Positions 24,572 to 37,948 of a DNA stretch of 64,000 bases are shown piece after piece. The notes beneath the pieces were generated by a model, which was given only the letters and a program-made list of their open reading frames with translations, made no database searches and had not been told where the DNA came from. The position numbers and the translations under genes are program-made. How positions within the stretch are numbered: position 1 is the first letter of the stretch; each line of letters starts with the position of its first letter. The stretch is from Stegostoma tigrinum (lineage: Eukaryota): contig NC_081387.1 of the NCBI RefSeq assembly GCF_030684315.1, positions 11,200,867 to 11,264,866 of the forward strand. Reading direction: 5' to 3'.

Positions 24572-24892
24572 ATCGTGGCTAAGTGGTTAGCACTGCTGCT
24601 TCTCGGGGTCCCACGTTCAATTCCATCCTTGGGTAACTGTCTGCGTGGAATTTGCAAATTCTCCCCCTGTCTCCTCCTGGGGGTTCTGGTTCCCTTCCAC
24701 AGTTCAAAGATGTGCAGGTTAGGGAGGTTGGCCATGCTAAATTAGTGTCCAGGGATATGTGGATTAGCAATGGGGAGGGAGGGGTTACAGGGTAGGGTAG
24801 GGGATGGATCAGGTTTGGGTGGGATGCTCTTTAGAGAGCTCGTGTGGACTTGTTTGGCTGAATGGTCTGTTTCCACACTGTAGGTATTCTAA
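24572..24892 (+). mobile_element. V-SINE-like element
   Basis: GTGGCTAAGTGGTTAGCACTGCTGC, GTTCAATTCC, GTGGAATTTGCAAATTCTCCC. Confidence 0.75.
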
Positions 24893-26948
24893 ATAAGACT
24901 GGAATTGGTTCTTAAGATCTACCCCCTTTCTCTTTACCACATTGAACTTTAATTTGCCTGCTCCACAGTCTTGTCGTCTGGATTTCATAATTTACACTGC
25001 TCCTGTGTTTTCTCTAGTCCCCAAAATTTGAAACTTTTGCTGTGTACAAGATCTAGATCACAAATGTATGTGAGGGAACTGAGGAGCTCCACGCTGAATC
25101 CTAGGCATCTTGCTATTAGCATTCCTGCAGTTTATAACATGTTCATTAACCATCATCATTTCTTATCTTGCTGCCAATCTTTGTAGCCATGTCATCACTA
25201 ACTGTTTTATTCCAGGATCTTTAAAATCATTCACAAGTCTATGTGGCCTTTCTCGGAATGCCTTCTGGAAGTCCATACATACTGCAGCAAGAGCATTGAT
25301 TTGATCAACATTGTAACTTCCATATTTATCTTAACTCTCTCTCTCTCTTTTGAATCTTTAAAATCCAGACTGGCTCACATTAACCCACATTTATACACTT
25401 AGCTCTGTTCAGAATTATTTTCGTCACTTCCCAACAATTGAAATTTGACTGGGCTGTAGTTTCTTCGCTTGTCCTTGCACGTAGTCTGTTTTGAACAAGG
25501 GCCTAATTTGTGATTCTCAAGTTCTGTACTCCTGTCCAGGGTCTAGCAAAACTGAAATAGCTAGTGGCTCTGCAGTCTCTGTTCTTGTTTCCCTACTGCC
25601 TTAAATGCGTTCCATCTGGTATAGTTCCTTTTTCAACTGGACAGATCCTTCTTCACTTTAAATACTCCTAGGAACCAAATTCTCCCTTTGACAATGGCCA
25701 GGGCAATGCCATCTTCAGTCACAGTGGATGCAAAGTTTTTTTTCTTCAATAAATCAGCTGTCCTCTCTACCACTATGTCCATCTGTTTGGTCACTGATCG
25801 TCCTCTTGCCCGCTTGCCTTTTTATTTGCATACAGTAACTTAGGGTTTTTTTTTAGCTGCCAGTATCTTCTCTCACTGGCTTTTGCTTTTTCACTACAAG
25901 CAGTCTGCTTCTGTAATCCATTTTGCTACCTGATCATTCAGAAGCCCACTTTTTTGGGTTTCCTTTTTTTTATACCCCTTAACGAACAGAACTATGTTTG
26001 ATTTCCCTTTTTTTTAAATGAAGGAATATATGCCTAGTACTTTTAAATTATGGCCTTTGTGACTCTTCACTTGCATGGTGTACAAGTTGTCTGACATTTT
26101 TAGTGCAGCATTACGCAGTGGAGTCTTCACAATAATGATTCCTCAGTGCCCTGTAGTAAAAGATGTGTGATTTTTTTTTTCAGCCAATGTTGATTTGTTG
26201 GGGGGAGGGGGAAAACCAGGAGCCAAATTTCAGAAAAGATCTGAACTATACCCAAAGCAAGAGTTCATTGCCTCCTTGCAAGCAAGAAGGCTGGTCTGTA
26301 GCATTCCATTTAAATGAAAGACCTATTTATCGATGCAAGCTGATTACAATTTTGAAGGCCATTTATTGTGGGTGACACAGGAGCAAATGAAGTCTGGCTT
26401 GTTTGCTACTGCATACAAGTTCAGACAGAGTTTTCTTTTTTAGTTGGGTGAGAAATATAGGCTGTAGTTTGAGGCAGCCTTGGTAACTGTACAATATTTC
26501 AGTTAGGCTGCTGCAGTGCAGTGTTTCAACTTCTACAGTCACTCTTCTGATCAAGAATGTCCACCGGAAACGTGTGCCTCACTTAAAATTGTTTTTTTTC
26601 CTGGGGGCATAACCACTATAAGTGAGGATTTACCATAATTTATCTCTGTTCTTAGCCCTTACTGCCCAGTTGACTTTCTCACTTCATGCTTTTCACTACA
26701 GATTTGTGTACTGTTCTTATTTTCACTAACATAATTCAGTGTGGACTCTTGTGGCACAGTGGTAGTGCTCCTATTCTCGGCAAGGAGGTCTGGGTTCAAG
26801 TCTCGAGTACGGAGGTGAATCATAACCATTGCTGAACTGATCACATTGGATATCTCTAATACAGTGATTTACTGTCCCTCCTAAGTGTTTCTCCCACTGA
26901 TGCTTAATCCATTTGGCACATCTCATTTTGCATTTGTTTGTTGTGCAG

Positions 26949-27493
26949 TTCCCCTCAGTCTGACCCTGGATCCTCAAACAGCAAACCCTTGGCTCCTGCT
27001 ATCGGAGGACCAGACCAGTGTGACTGTCATCAAAACCAAGCAGATTGTCCCTGATGGCCCGGCCAGATTTGACGTGTGTGTGTCCGTCCTGGCAATGGAG
27101 GGTTTCACATCTGGCGCACACTACTGGGAGGTGGAAGTGAGCAGCAAGTCCAAATGGGACCTGGGTGTAGCCAGAGAATCCATTAACAGGAAGGGAGACA
27201 TAGCTTTGAAGCCTGAGAATGGATACCTGGCAATTTCCCTGACCAATGGAGGGCAGTACTGTGCTCTGACATCCCCCACTGTCACTCCCCTGCAGCCGAG
27301 TGGGAGACCCAGTCGCATTGGTGTTTACGTGGACTACGAGGGAGGCCAAGTGTCCTTTTACGATGCTGCTGACTTTGCTCATCTCTACACATTTACTGAG
27401 ACATTTACAGAGAAAATATTCCCTTATTTTTGCCCCTGTCTGAATGACAGTGGAGACAATGGTGCCCCTCTTTCTGTGGTTTCCTTTCAGTAG
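26949..27493 (+). CDS. TRIM terminal PRY/SPRY (B30.2) exon
   Basis: LTLDPQTANPWLLLSED, RFD, GFTSGAHYWEVEV, WDLGVARES, IGVYVDYEGGQVSFY, FTEKIFPYFCP. The spliced CDS is 1425 nt (474 aa) with no internal stop. Confidence 0.96.
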
Positions 27494-27763
27494 ATAGTTT
27501 AAGATTTTTTAGTTTAATACTGGCGTCTCCCCAGGTTGGTGTAAAACTGGGGGGAAAACACTTCAGAGTGCAGTTATAGGTGAGAGACTGGGCATGATGA
27601 TAAACTAAATTCTTCTGATTACTTTTCTAACATTACTGACAATGCATCCAGAATGCACTGAGCTCTGCTGTCCATGTAATCAGCAATGTCTAACCCGGTG
27701 TTTCCAGTCTGTTTCAGACTACCTGTGTCTAATGAATTCAATATCATCGTAAAATGTAAGACT

Positions 27764-27769
27764 AATAAA
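27764..27769 (+). terminator. Candidate polyadenylation signal of the TRIM gene
   Basis: AATAAA ~270 nt after the stop codon, followed by T/GT-rich sequence. A second AATAAA is at 28261. Confidence 0.5.
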
Positions 27770-29636
27770 CGTAATCTTTGTGAAAAAGCAAAATTGGACT
27801 TTTTTGGCCCTGCACTCTGACCTACTGATTAACTGTGGTGCTGTAGTTAATCTGATTTATTGAGACATCTTGTGACCAAGAGTAATGCACAAACAGAAGG
27901 AAAAAGTCTCAGCACCTCAGGAAATTACATTTATGACATTTCAATTAGTTCCAGTTGTCCTGGCTTACTTTTTTTAAAAGATCCTGAAATGAGCTAGGCT
28001 TGTATTGTGTGATTTGGAAGATTGCTTCATATTAGTAATTATGTTAACACTAAAAGATGTTCTTCCAACTCCCAATGAGCAACATGGGAACAGAAAGTGG
28101 ACAGATTTCCTCAATTATGTATTAGAAATTGGAATTCTGCCCATGACAATTAATTCTAAATGAATGAGTAACTTTAGCACACAAACTTAAATTTTTTTTT
28201 CTTTGTTAACCAATAGAAGGGAAATGTGGTGAACATGGAGTTAGGCCCACTAAATCAGATAATAAAATTTAAGTGGACATTTAGACTTTAAGACTAGATG
28301 GCCCCTCTCCCCTTCTCAAAATGTACTTTCTGCCACAATGTGAAACAAAAACTGAAATGCTGGATAAGCTATGATCTGACGAGACAACGAAGTCCAGAGA
28401 ACCTGCAGTTCTACCTTTCTTCTGGTCACTACCTTCCAGTAACGACATCCTTCTCAGATCACTCCTCTCCACTGAAAAGGGAAGAAATGGTCACCTCTCC
28501 TGCTGAGCTCCGTTTATTTTAGTCACCAGGATGGATATAATTTAGACAGGTGCTACTTGTTTTTCCTTTTTTGTTTTTCAGGGGGTGTTGGGGGGGGGGG
28601 GGGGGGTAGGGAGGAGGGAAATAAAAGCACTTTTTTTTTGCACAGCTAAAATATTCCTTCACTCTGTTTTTGATATTGGTTCTTCCCAATAGGGTGGGAA
28701 TGGCCACTGTTGCGTTAACATGGAGCAAGAATTTGAAGAATGCCCTGGAGGGGCGAGGTGCAGGGTTTGGAGTTGGGTCAAAATGAGAATTTCTCCCGTC
28801 GATGTGAAATGCACCTCAATTTTCCATCAATCCATTGGGAATAAGTATCCAGTGCTTAACTTGCAACCCTTCAATTGGAGTCACTATTTTGAGGCTGTTA
28901 TTGCAAAATGATCCAAAAGATGGCCCCTTATGCAAAAGTCTAGAATAGTATTTTATTATCACTTGTATTTATAAAGTTGAGATATGTTTAAGAGTTGTCA
29001 CCATTTGGTGCCAATTTGATCCACCTTGCTGAGGCCACTGTATTAGCACCATAGCAAGGAGGGACTGACTGGACCCACCAGGTTAACATCACCACTGGAA
29101 GGGGTAATATTGCCACCACAGCTGTGAGGAACGAACCAGAGCCAGCGTGCTGCAGCCAGGCTAGCTGCTGCTGAAACAGCCACTAGGAGGGATGAATCAG
29201 ACCCACTGACTATGAAATCTTCGCTTAAAACTATGGCCACCAGGATGGACATCCAGATCCAACATATTGCTGGTGTTGTATTAGGATGTTGTTACCACCT
29301 TCCTCCACAGCAGCTGCAGAAAAGGTGAACTTTAATATGAAAGAGAAATGAAGAAACAAAACAAAAAAAGTGGCCACCCACAGGAGCGTACAGGCATAGA
29401 GCCCAAAACTTTGTGCCCTGATACTGCCCACATCTTGATACTATTGCAACATATTTAACTTGTGGGATTAAATTTCGATTTAATCTAACTTTGTTGGCAA
29501 ATATAGTTTTAAGGGAAACATTGTTCTTCACGTGCTTGAAGCACTTTGACAATAAACGGCCAATTTGAAGTGGACTTGAGCTGAGATGTTGAGGGAAAAC
29601 TGGCCCATCCTTCTTGTGGCTTGTTTCCCCACTGAG

Positions 29637-31512
29637 TTCGCTTACAAATGAGAGTAAAGGGATATTTGAGGGTGGGCAATAGCTCCTGTCTGAACATACT
29701 CTGGGCCACTGCATAATGGTACTGTTTGTGCAGCATCTCAAAAGCTGGAACATAATTCCTGTCTTTTCATAAATCTCAAAAGGGCTAAGTAGAATGAGAC
29801 AAGAAAGATGCGTGTAATTTAATGTAAGTTATACATGACTGTTGTTATCCAGAGCTTGATAAAGCAGCCGACACTGCGAAGAGTAAAGCAATAGACTTAC
29901 TACACACACAGAGGTTCTTTTGGGTGTGACTGGCTACTAAACTGTGTCTGGTCGTGAGGATGTTCAAAACGAAAATTGAGAAGAATGTGAGTTAAAAAGT
30001 ATTCAGTCTAAGAAAATGCCATTGTTGCACGTGGAAAATAAATTACTGGCACTATTATAGCCGCATGGTATATTGTTCGCTACAGCATTAGGAACATGCA
30101 AGAAGGCCCAGGGAATATTTTGCTTCAAACAGAAGAACAAGCTCATTTTAATGATCACCACAACAGCAGTTTTCACTATGCAATATTTTTGATTTCAGCT
30201 TCTGACAGCACGTGGCTACACAACGATCAAAGGTAGAGGTGACCATGAACCAGACAGAAATCTCTACAGCAGTCGACGGGACGAGCAGAGTAAATGTACA
30301 GACAAGAATGCAGAGCACCGTAGAGTTTCTGTAATAAATCGTAGCAATCACCATGAAATCTGCTGTCACTGTGGCCACCAACCTGTGAGTGATGTGTTTG
30401 GTGAGACTGCATTTCCCACAACTCAGGATCACGATTGCCACCAGGTTCACTGAGAATTAGAAAAGAAAACACTAGCATAACTGGTTGTAGGTACCAATTA
30501 TGTGTGATCTGGCATTGGCGTCAGCATTATATTTTCTGTTTGTGTTCTGCTCTGCTGTGCTGAAGATGCTAGTCATTCTGGTGGATTGAATTTGTTATGG
30601 TTCACTGAGATAGTGCTCAATTCAAGCCCCTTGTTCCTGAAGTCTTTGTTAATAGTTACAACTTTTTTTTAAGGTTCTCAACATTCCTCAATTTGCATGA
30701 CCCAGAAAGGACAGACTAGTTTTAATGACAATTGCTATTTATTAGAAAGAAATAGAACATTGTTACAAGTAAATAGTTACAAACTTTAGTGTTTTAGCTG
30801 GTAGCATTAAATGCCAAATACATCATAATTTCCCCTTGTGCAGAAACACACACACAAACACAGTTTGAGGAGCACAAAAGCTGATGTTTCGGGCCTAGAC
30901 CCTTCATGAGGAAGGATCTAGGCCTGAAACATCAACTATAGAAGGAGTTAGGAGAGCCAGATTAAAAGGTAGCAGAAAAAAACAAACAATGAATAAAATA
31001 AATAAAGTAAGAAGGAAGGCAACAACAACAATAAAAGAGAGAGTTGGAAAGGTGAGATGCTTCATATAATACAGTGTATTAGAGAAGAAATCAAGATTAG
31101 AGATTTCGTAAGAACCGATAAAACAAATCGTAAAACATTAGACAGCACCAGGAATTGAAGTGAGTAAAAAAGTCAACAATAACACGAGTATAATTGATCA
31201 AGAGATATGAAGTTACTGAGATTTAAAAGAAAATAGAAGAGGAGTAATGATAGGGGAATGCAACCTTCATTGATAGCATGAAAGATGTAATATGTTGAAC
31301 AGAAGACAACATCAATAAAAGAGAGAAGACAAAATTTTCTGAAAGTAAAAACAACTTCAACAGTGGAGATGCCTAAATGAGAGCAAAGCTCAAAGTCTTA
31401 GAGATCAATACAACACCTTTACTGAGAATAAAACTCAAAGGAATATAGTACATACCAGGCACTCCAACTCAGTGAGGATAGGATAGTATTGGAGGCATTT
31501 CTGGATAAATGT
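29637..31512 (-). pseudogene. GPR139-like class A GPCR pseudogene (exon 1 ~31456-31512, exon 2 from 30449)
   Basis: Fragments YYPILT.., VNLVAIVILSCGKCSLTKHITH, STFDRCVATCCQKLKSK and FRQELLPTLKYPFTLICK fall in different frames. Multiple indels relative to the intact paralogue at 46.6-49.9 kb. Confidence 0.9.
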
Positions 31513-31811
31513 TTTCAAGTTACTGTGAAATCCTGTTCTGGTAGGGTGATCGATGTAACTGTCAAAATAAAGAGAAAATATTGAGATTTTTTTCCACATA
31601 AAGTGAGTCCTGAATGTTACTGTGAAACTATATCCTGAAGTGAATGTGATCCAGATGGAACACACAGTGCTCTTATTGTACCTGGGTTTTCCCTGTAGAA
31701 GTCATTATGCAAAGATACATTTTCATCCACACCGTTGGGAACAAGAGCCAGATGTTGAAAAGAAAATGTGCTATATTCTGACTTGTAATCAAGTAAACAA
31801 AGTTTTTGTTT

Positions 31812-32170
31812 TATTCATTCGTGGGATGAAGGTGTCGCTGGCTAGGCCAGCATTTATTGCCCATCCCTAATTGCCCAGAGGCCAGTTTAGAGTCAACCAC
31901 ATTGCAGTTGGGTCTGGAGTCACATAAAGGCCCCAGACCAGGTGAGGATGGCAGATTCCCTTCAGCAAAGGATATTAGTGAACCAGATGGAATTTTTCCT
32001 GACAGTCGGCAATGGATTCACGGTCATCATTCTTCTCTTAATTCCAGATTATTACTGAATTCAAATTCTACCATCAGCCATGGCAGGTTTCGAACCCACG
32101 TCCCCAGAACGTTACCTAGGCTCTGGCTTAATAGTCTAGTGATAATATCACTAAGCATTCACCTACCCTG
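31812..32170 (-). mobile_element. Second SINE family, inverted relative to 32345-32690
   Basis: Reverse complement of the same core (GGGTCTGGAGTCACAT...CCAGACCAGGTGAGGATGGCAG). Confidence 0.8.
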
Positions 32171-32344
32171 TTTGTTGCTAATTATTGCTCATGTCAACAA
32201 TCAATTGTGACCGTTGTATTTAACATTTGCAAACATTTCCTCCGTGTGCATTACCTGTATCATATTTCACCTGTCTCCCACATATCCACTCCACATCGTC
32301 ATTGTAAGCTGTTCACCCCCAACTCTCTCATTCCAACAAATAGC

Positions 32345-32690
32345 GGGAGGAAATAGCCTAGTAGTATTATCCACCGTATGGTTAACCGAGATAATATTCT
32401 GGAGACCCAGGTTCAAATCCCACCAAGGCAGATGGTGAAATTTGAATTCAATAAATATTTGGAATTGGAGTCTAATGATGACCATGAATCCATTACCGAT
32501 TGTTGTGGGGAAAACTCATCTGGTCCACTAATGGCCTTTAGGGAAGGAAACTGCCATCCTTACCTGGTCTGGCCTACATGTGACTCCAGACCCATAGCAA
32601 TGTGGTTGACACTTAACCGCCTTCTGGATGAATAGAGATAGGCAATACATGCTACCTGGTCAGCAATGCCTCATCCTGTGAATGAATGAA
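32345..32690 (+). mobile_element. Second tRNA-headed SINE family (L2-like TGAA tail)
   Basis: B box GGTTCAAATCCC, core TTACCTGGTCTGGCCTACATGTGACTCCAGACCC, (TGAA)n end. Other copies lie at ~1125-1355, 1640-1815, 3490-3835, 13600-13870, 34105-34398 and 54735-55090. Confidence 0.8.
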
Positions 32691-35600
32691 GGAGCAATTG
32701 ATAGCTCTCAGTGGTTCCCATCCCTGTCCTGTGTGCTTCTGTGTCTCTTACTTTCTGATTGTATCCCTCACTCCGCAACGATCTTTCCTTCACATGACAT
32801 GAAACAGCAAAGGCTGGGACATAGTCAGTACATCATAAGAATATAAGAACTAGGAGCAGGAATAGGCCGACAGCGTGTGCTGTTACAGCAGCATCATGGC
32901 TGCCTTTATGCATCATCTCCACTTTCCCAGCCACTCCTCAGACCCTTTCATTACTTATGAGACAAAAAGAACTGTCTTCTCATTCTTAAGTGCATTCACT
33001 AAAAAGGTACCACATGCATTTGTGGAGGAGAATTCCAGAGATTCACAACCATTGGAGTAGACAAATCTCTCCTCATTTCAGTCCTAAATGACTGACTGCT
33101 TATTGTGGGCATTTGCTTCCACGTTCCTCAGTCAAGGGGCTCAACCTCTGGATGTTTTCAGGAAAGGCCTGAGTCTTTATTTATCAAATTGATGTGGGGT
33201 AACTTTGTTTGTCTCCACTGATGCTGCATATTGTGCTGAGCAGTTCCAGTAAGTACCATTATTCCTACCATCAGAATCGATTGAGACAGTGAGATCACTG
33301 AGCATTCTTATAAACCCCTGAGTTCAGGCACAAGTTAGCTAGCATCCCATTAAAAAAAAATGACCCAAGGATGAATGCACAGAACCTTTGATGTTTCAAC
33401 TAAATGGCAGGAATACCCTTCCTGGGATATGGGGACCAAAAATGAATGCAATACTTCACATGTGATTTCATCAAAGCCCTAGCAATTGCAGCAAGACTTC
33501 CTTATCCGAGTCTAAATATGACCTTCAAAGAAAGCCTACATGCCCCTAGGCTTCTGCACAGCTCACTGTCTCTGCAAACTAATCTTTTCTATTCAATGTA
33601 TGAGGACTCACAGGTTGCTCTAAACAGTTAAATTTTTGTCAAGTTTACGAAATATTCTTTTCTCTTTACTTTCAAAACTAAAGTAAATAATCATATGCCA
33701 CTTCCTTACCTTGCAGCCTGCTGTGATCTTGTTGCCTGCACTCTTAAACTGATCTATTTCCCTTGACTGCTTCTTCATTTCTTGCTTAATATCTTACATT
33801 CCTATGTAGCTTTATATCATCAACAAACTTGGAGACTTCAGCATCATCTAAGGCAAGAATGTATGTTCTTCATTACTGAGGCACCGGCACTGATTGTCTT
33901 GGTGGTCCACTAGGAACTAGGATCATGTTGAAAATGCATCAGTTCTGCCTACTGTCAGCTTCCTCTTTATCAAACACTCCTACAGACTGTGAGGAGTGTG
34001 TAGAACATAAGCATTACTTAGAGGTGTATTCAGTATGTTAGCATGGCTGTGAAGCAGCTTGGGAGGAGAATGAAGCAAGTCAGCATCACTGAAGTTTTTT
34101 TTTAGTTTACTCATAGGATAAGAGGATTGCTGGCTAGACAAGCATTTATTGCCCAGAGGGCAGTTGGGAGTTGACCACATTGCTGTGGTTCTGGAATCAC
34201 ATGTAGACTAGGAAACAGAAGGATGGCAAATTTCCTTCCCTAAAGGAAATCAGTGAACATGATGGGTTTTCCTGACCATTGACAATGATTTCATGGTCAT
34301 CATTCGACTCTTAATTCTAACATCTGCCACGGTGGGATTTGAACCCAGATCCCCAGTTGAGTTTCCAGAAATAATACCATTCGGCCATTGAGCTACCCTG
34401 GGAGTAGGCTAGGAGGAGTGTGCGACAATGCAGCATTGCCATGAAGCAGATTGGGAGGAGTCTGCAGCAGGTCAGCATCACTAAGATGCAGACTGACAGA
34501 CTGGACATACATCAGAAATGTAACAGAGATGGGAGACAATAATTAGAGACAGGGCATCCTTTACCCTTTTCTGGCCTGTCATAGACAGAGCATGATGTCA
34601 CAGGAAATAGGTAGATAAATAGTGTGTGTTTATTCCATGCTGATTTGATAGGCCATGCAGTTTATATTACGTGATGTCATTATGTCTGAAGGATGAGAAA
34701 TCCAGTTGGGAAGTTCAGATTTAAAATTGTCAACGTCTGAATTAGTACATTATATTGAATAGAGATTGCTGGATAGGTGTTGTGTTTCAGCCATAGTACA
34801 TTAGAGCTGGTGGATGCCAATGTGTTCCAAGGTGAACATCTGCAAGCAGTTCTGAGGAAGAGACACCGGACCCAAAACACTAACTCTGCCATTTCTCCAC
34901 AGATGTTGCCAGACTTGCTGAGTTTTTCCAGAAATTTCTGTTTATGTTTCTGATTTCCAGCATCCACAGTTCTTAGGATTTTTATCTGCAGAAAGTGTCC
35001 ACCATGTCGTAGAGGCCCATTGCTAAAGTTGACAATATGGCCACCTGGGGCTTTCTCAGCTAGCACAAGATTGCTGAAAGCGGTAGTCAGTTACATACAA
35101 CAGATGTTCACAGTCAGACTTGTGGTCTCCATACAGAGATACTGCACAAGGTAAGATTCTCCAGAGGAAGAAAAATTAGGTAATTTCATCACGTTTCTGT
35201 AAACAGGCAGTTCTAAATGTCAGCATTTTAGTGAGGCACATTTTTGAAATGCCTATTTTAGCCACTGCCCCTGTTTGATAATTCAGTAAAAAGAAGGAAA
35301 AGTCCAATCCTAGAGTATTCTGAACTTTTTAGATGATGGTAGAATTAGAAACATGAACAACAAATTTGTGAGAAAAGGTTCGATGCATTCCTTGAGCAAA
35401 TGTTTGTAAGCAATAAAAGAAGCTTGCTGCATCATTAGGGAAGATAAAACTATAAATGGTGTAAATAGACAATTCTAAGAGACCAAAAGAGTTGTAAAAC
35501 ATGGAGAACAAACAACTGTAGCTTAAGTGCAGATTCTTACATCCAAAAATCAAAGGAAAAGTGATGAGACAGATTACAAAATACAGAGTGAAGATGTGAT

Positions 35601-37948
35601 TATGTCCTCCTGGATATTTGTGAAATCTAAACAAGTTTCATTTAATAAGATGCAGATCTGGATGAACACAGCAGGTCAAGCAGGCTCCTCTGATGCAGCT
35701 TGGCCTGCTGTGTACACCCAGCTCTACACCTTGTTATCTCAGATTCTCCAGCATCTGCAGTTCCTACTATCTTTGTAACAAGTTTCATTTAATGGCTGGT
35801 AAAGTTGTAAAGTGATTGAATTTCACCATCATTAATGGAATTCAAGTGATTGCTTTTTAATTAAGAAAAATACTGGCAATGGAACATGTTTAGAAACAGG
35901 AAAAAAATATTTACAAATGAGACTTTTGCTTAAAATTTGCTTAAAGTTGTAGAGGTCGTGAACTGCAGCTGCAAGTCAGACTGTTTGATTGATTTCTCAG
36001 GTAGAAGGGAGAGAGGGGTTTTCCTCATTTCATCAGCTGTGTCATAGAATTGTAGTAACTTTATATTAGTGTTGATATTTAACGACTTTATAAGAATTGG
36101 GGGAAATGAATAACCTTTCTAATCTTCTGTCTGTATCAATGACATGATCCACAAACCATTACTCTGTTACCACCCCCTCCGCCCCGAAACCATGATAGGG
36201 CCAAGAGTAGCTGAATTCCTGCTATTATGTGAGATATTATCCTGATTCACTCGACACCCAGGAGTTCCCTTCCAGCCTCCCCCTGACTTCTACTACTTTC
36301 TAATCCGTGGAGGTTGTGTGAAGTGTATCAGTAAGAACTTCCATTTCTCTTCATTTGATGAGCATCACCCAAGCTTGGCACTTAGCAGCTGGTTTGTGGG
36401 GTGTGAAGCAAAAATTAGGAAATGGAATAGAACAACTTAAGCTGGCATATCTGTACGACGTATCGGTGGTAGATGTACAATGCTGTCCTCTTCCCCCATA
36501 TCCTGAACGAGTAAAATGCTCAGGGGCATGGGTGAATGGCAGCACACACCCTTCGGTGCAGTTAGATCCACCTTTACCTAGGTCTCCCCATTTGATTGGC
36601 TGGATACATATGATAATACTTACTCTATTTGCATCCCAAAAGAAAGACCCCACACAGTATTTAATTTTGACATATTTTCTTCAAGGTAGTACCAAAGAGA
36701 GTCATTTCCTTGGATAACACTGATCTTCTCTATCTGATAATGACGTTACAGCCCTGACCCTGGATTTATTATGGGAAATATCAGAACCACTCCTACATTT
36801 GTGAAGTTACCAGCCTTACACTGGGGACATCTGGATGGATCCTTCTTTGTTGTTTTAATGTACAATCATCCAACGTCCCCTTAAATCAAATTAGTTTTGC
36901 CAATTGAGCACTATTGACCCAATCAGCCACCTCAGGTCTTTGCATTCAATACAAGTGGTGCCTTACTGTGCCTAACACTTTATTCCACAGCTCCCCAATC
37001 AAATTCTTCCTCTGCTGTCATGGCCATCATTATAGGGTTAGTGGGCTAGCGAGTGGGCAAGTCTCCAGGATCCATGACTCAATCAAAAACACTACACTAA
37101 ACTCTTACACCTATACTGTGCTTACGGTGCACCCATATCACATATAGGGCCATACGCACGCATCAGATTAGCTGGTTCCTACCATATCAGTAGCCAAAGT
37201 AGAGGTTCTCCCAGCCCCTTTTGGAACACATGGTATTCCTCAGTGAACTCAGCCTGTCCCAGAGACAGCTCACGAAACAGGGCTCTGAGCAGCAACTATG
37301 CACCAATGTCAAAGAACATCAACATCAGTTTAAACACCCTTTGATTAACCTTGGTCCAGTCTGACTCTTCTACCCAAATCCTATCACAATGACCAGCCAA
37401 GAGATTCCTCCTTACATCACTGTAGTTTGATTGACTTGGCCCACCCCAGAGGGCTTAACCCACTGCATCTGCAGGTTATTATGACCAACCACAAGCTATA
37501 TCCCTCACTATCCTGGTAACCTGACTTTTTTGAGACTGAGTGAACCCATGGAATTGTAGCCAACATCTCCAAAAAAACCAGGTGGATGGATCATAATGAA
37601 TACAAAATACTCACATAACCTGACTCCTCACTGGCCAGTCTTCCTGCTTCCCATACTCTGCCCACACTGCCAAACCTTTTGGACTGGAATGACCCAAATG
37701 ATTCACTTGACACCCAAAAGTGCCCTTCCAGCATCAAAGAGTTTATTGAAATTACACCAGTAAGAAGAAACCCTCTGAAAATCCAGGGAGGTCTTCACTG
37801 AACAAAGGAGAGCATAGCATAGAGTTTTTATATATTTGTTTCCTCCTGCCCTTAACCTTTACCAACCAATCATATTCTTAATTAGTTACATACATTTCTA
37901 ATTAAGCTAATTGTATCACTGAATGGCTGAAGATAGACAGGCTTGTGG

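Larger units (their letters stand above)
29430..34995. repeat. Segmental duplication unit A (paralogous to ~46190-51935)
   Basis: Collinear similarity of 3' flank, gene, intron and ~3.5 kb of upstream sequence, e.g. 34624 GTGTGTTTATTCCATG...GATAGGCCATG vs ~51711. Confidence 0.85.

Noticed and set aside
29050-29330. Coding-looking GC-balanced stretch (RLAAAETATRRDESDPLTMK...)
   Set aside because: Contains an in-frame stop, with no recognisable domain or convincing exon boundaries. It may be an old transposon remnant.
36200-37800. Possible decayed LTR-retroelement/ERV interior
   Set aside because: No diagnostic gag/pol motif or LTR pair could be identified by eye. It needs RepeatMasker or tBLASTx.
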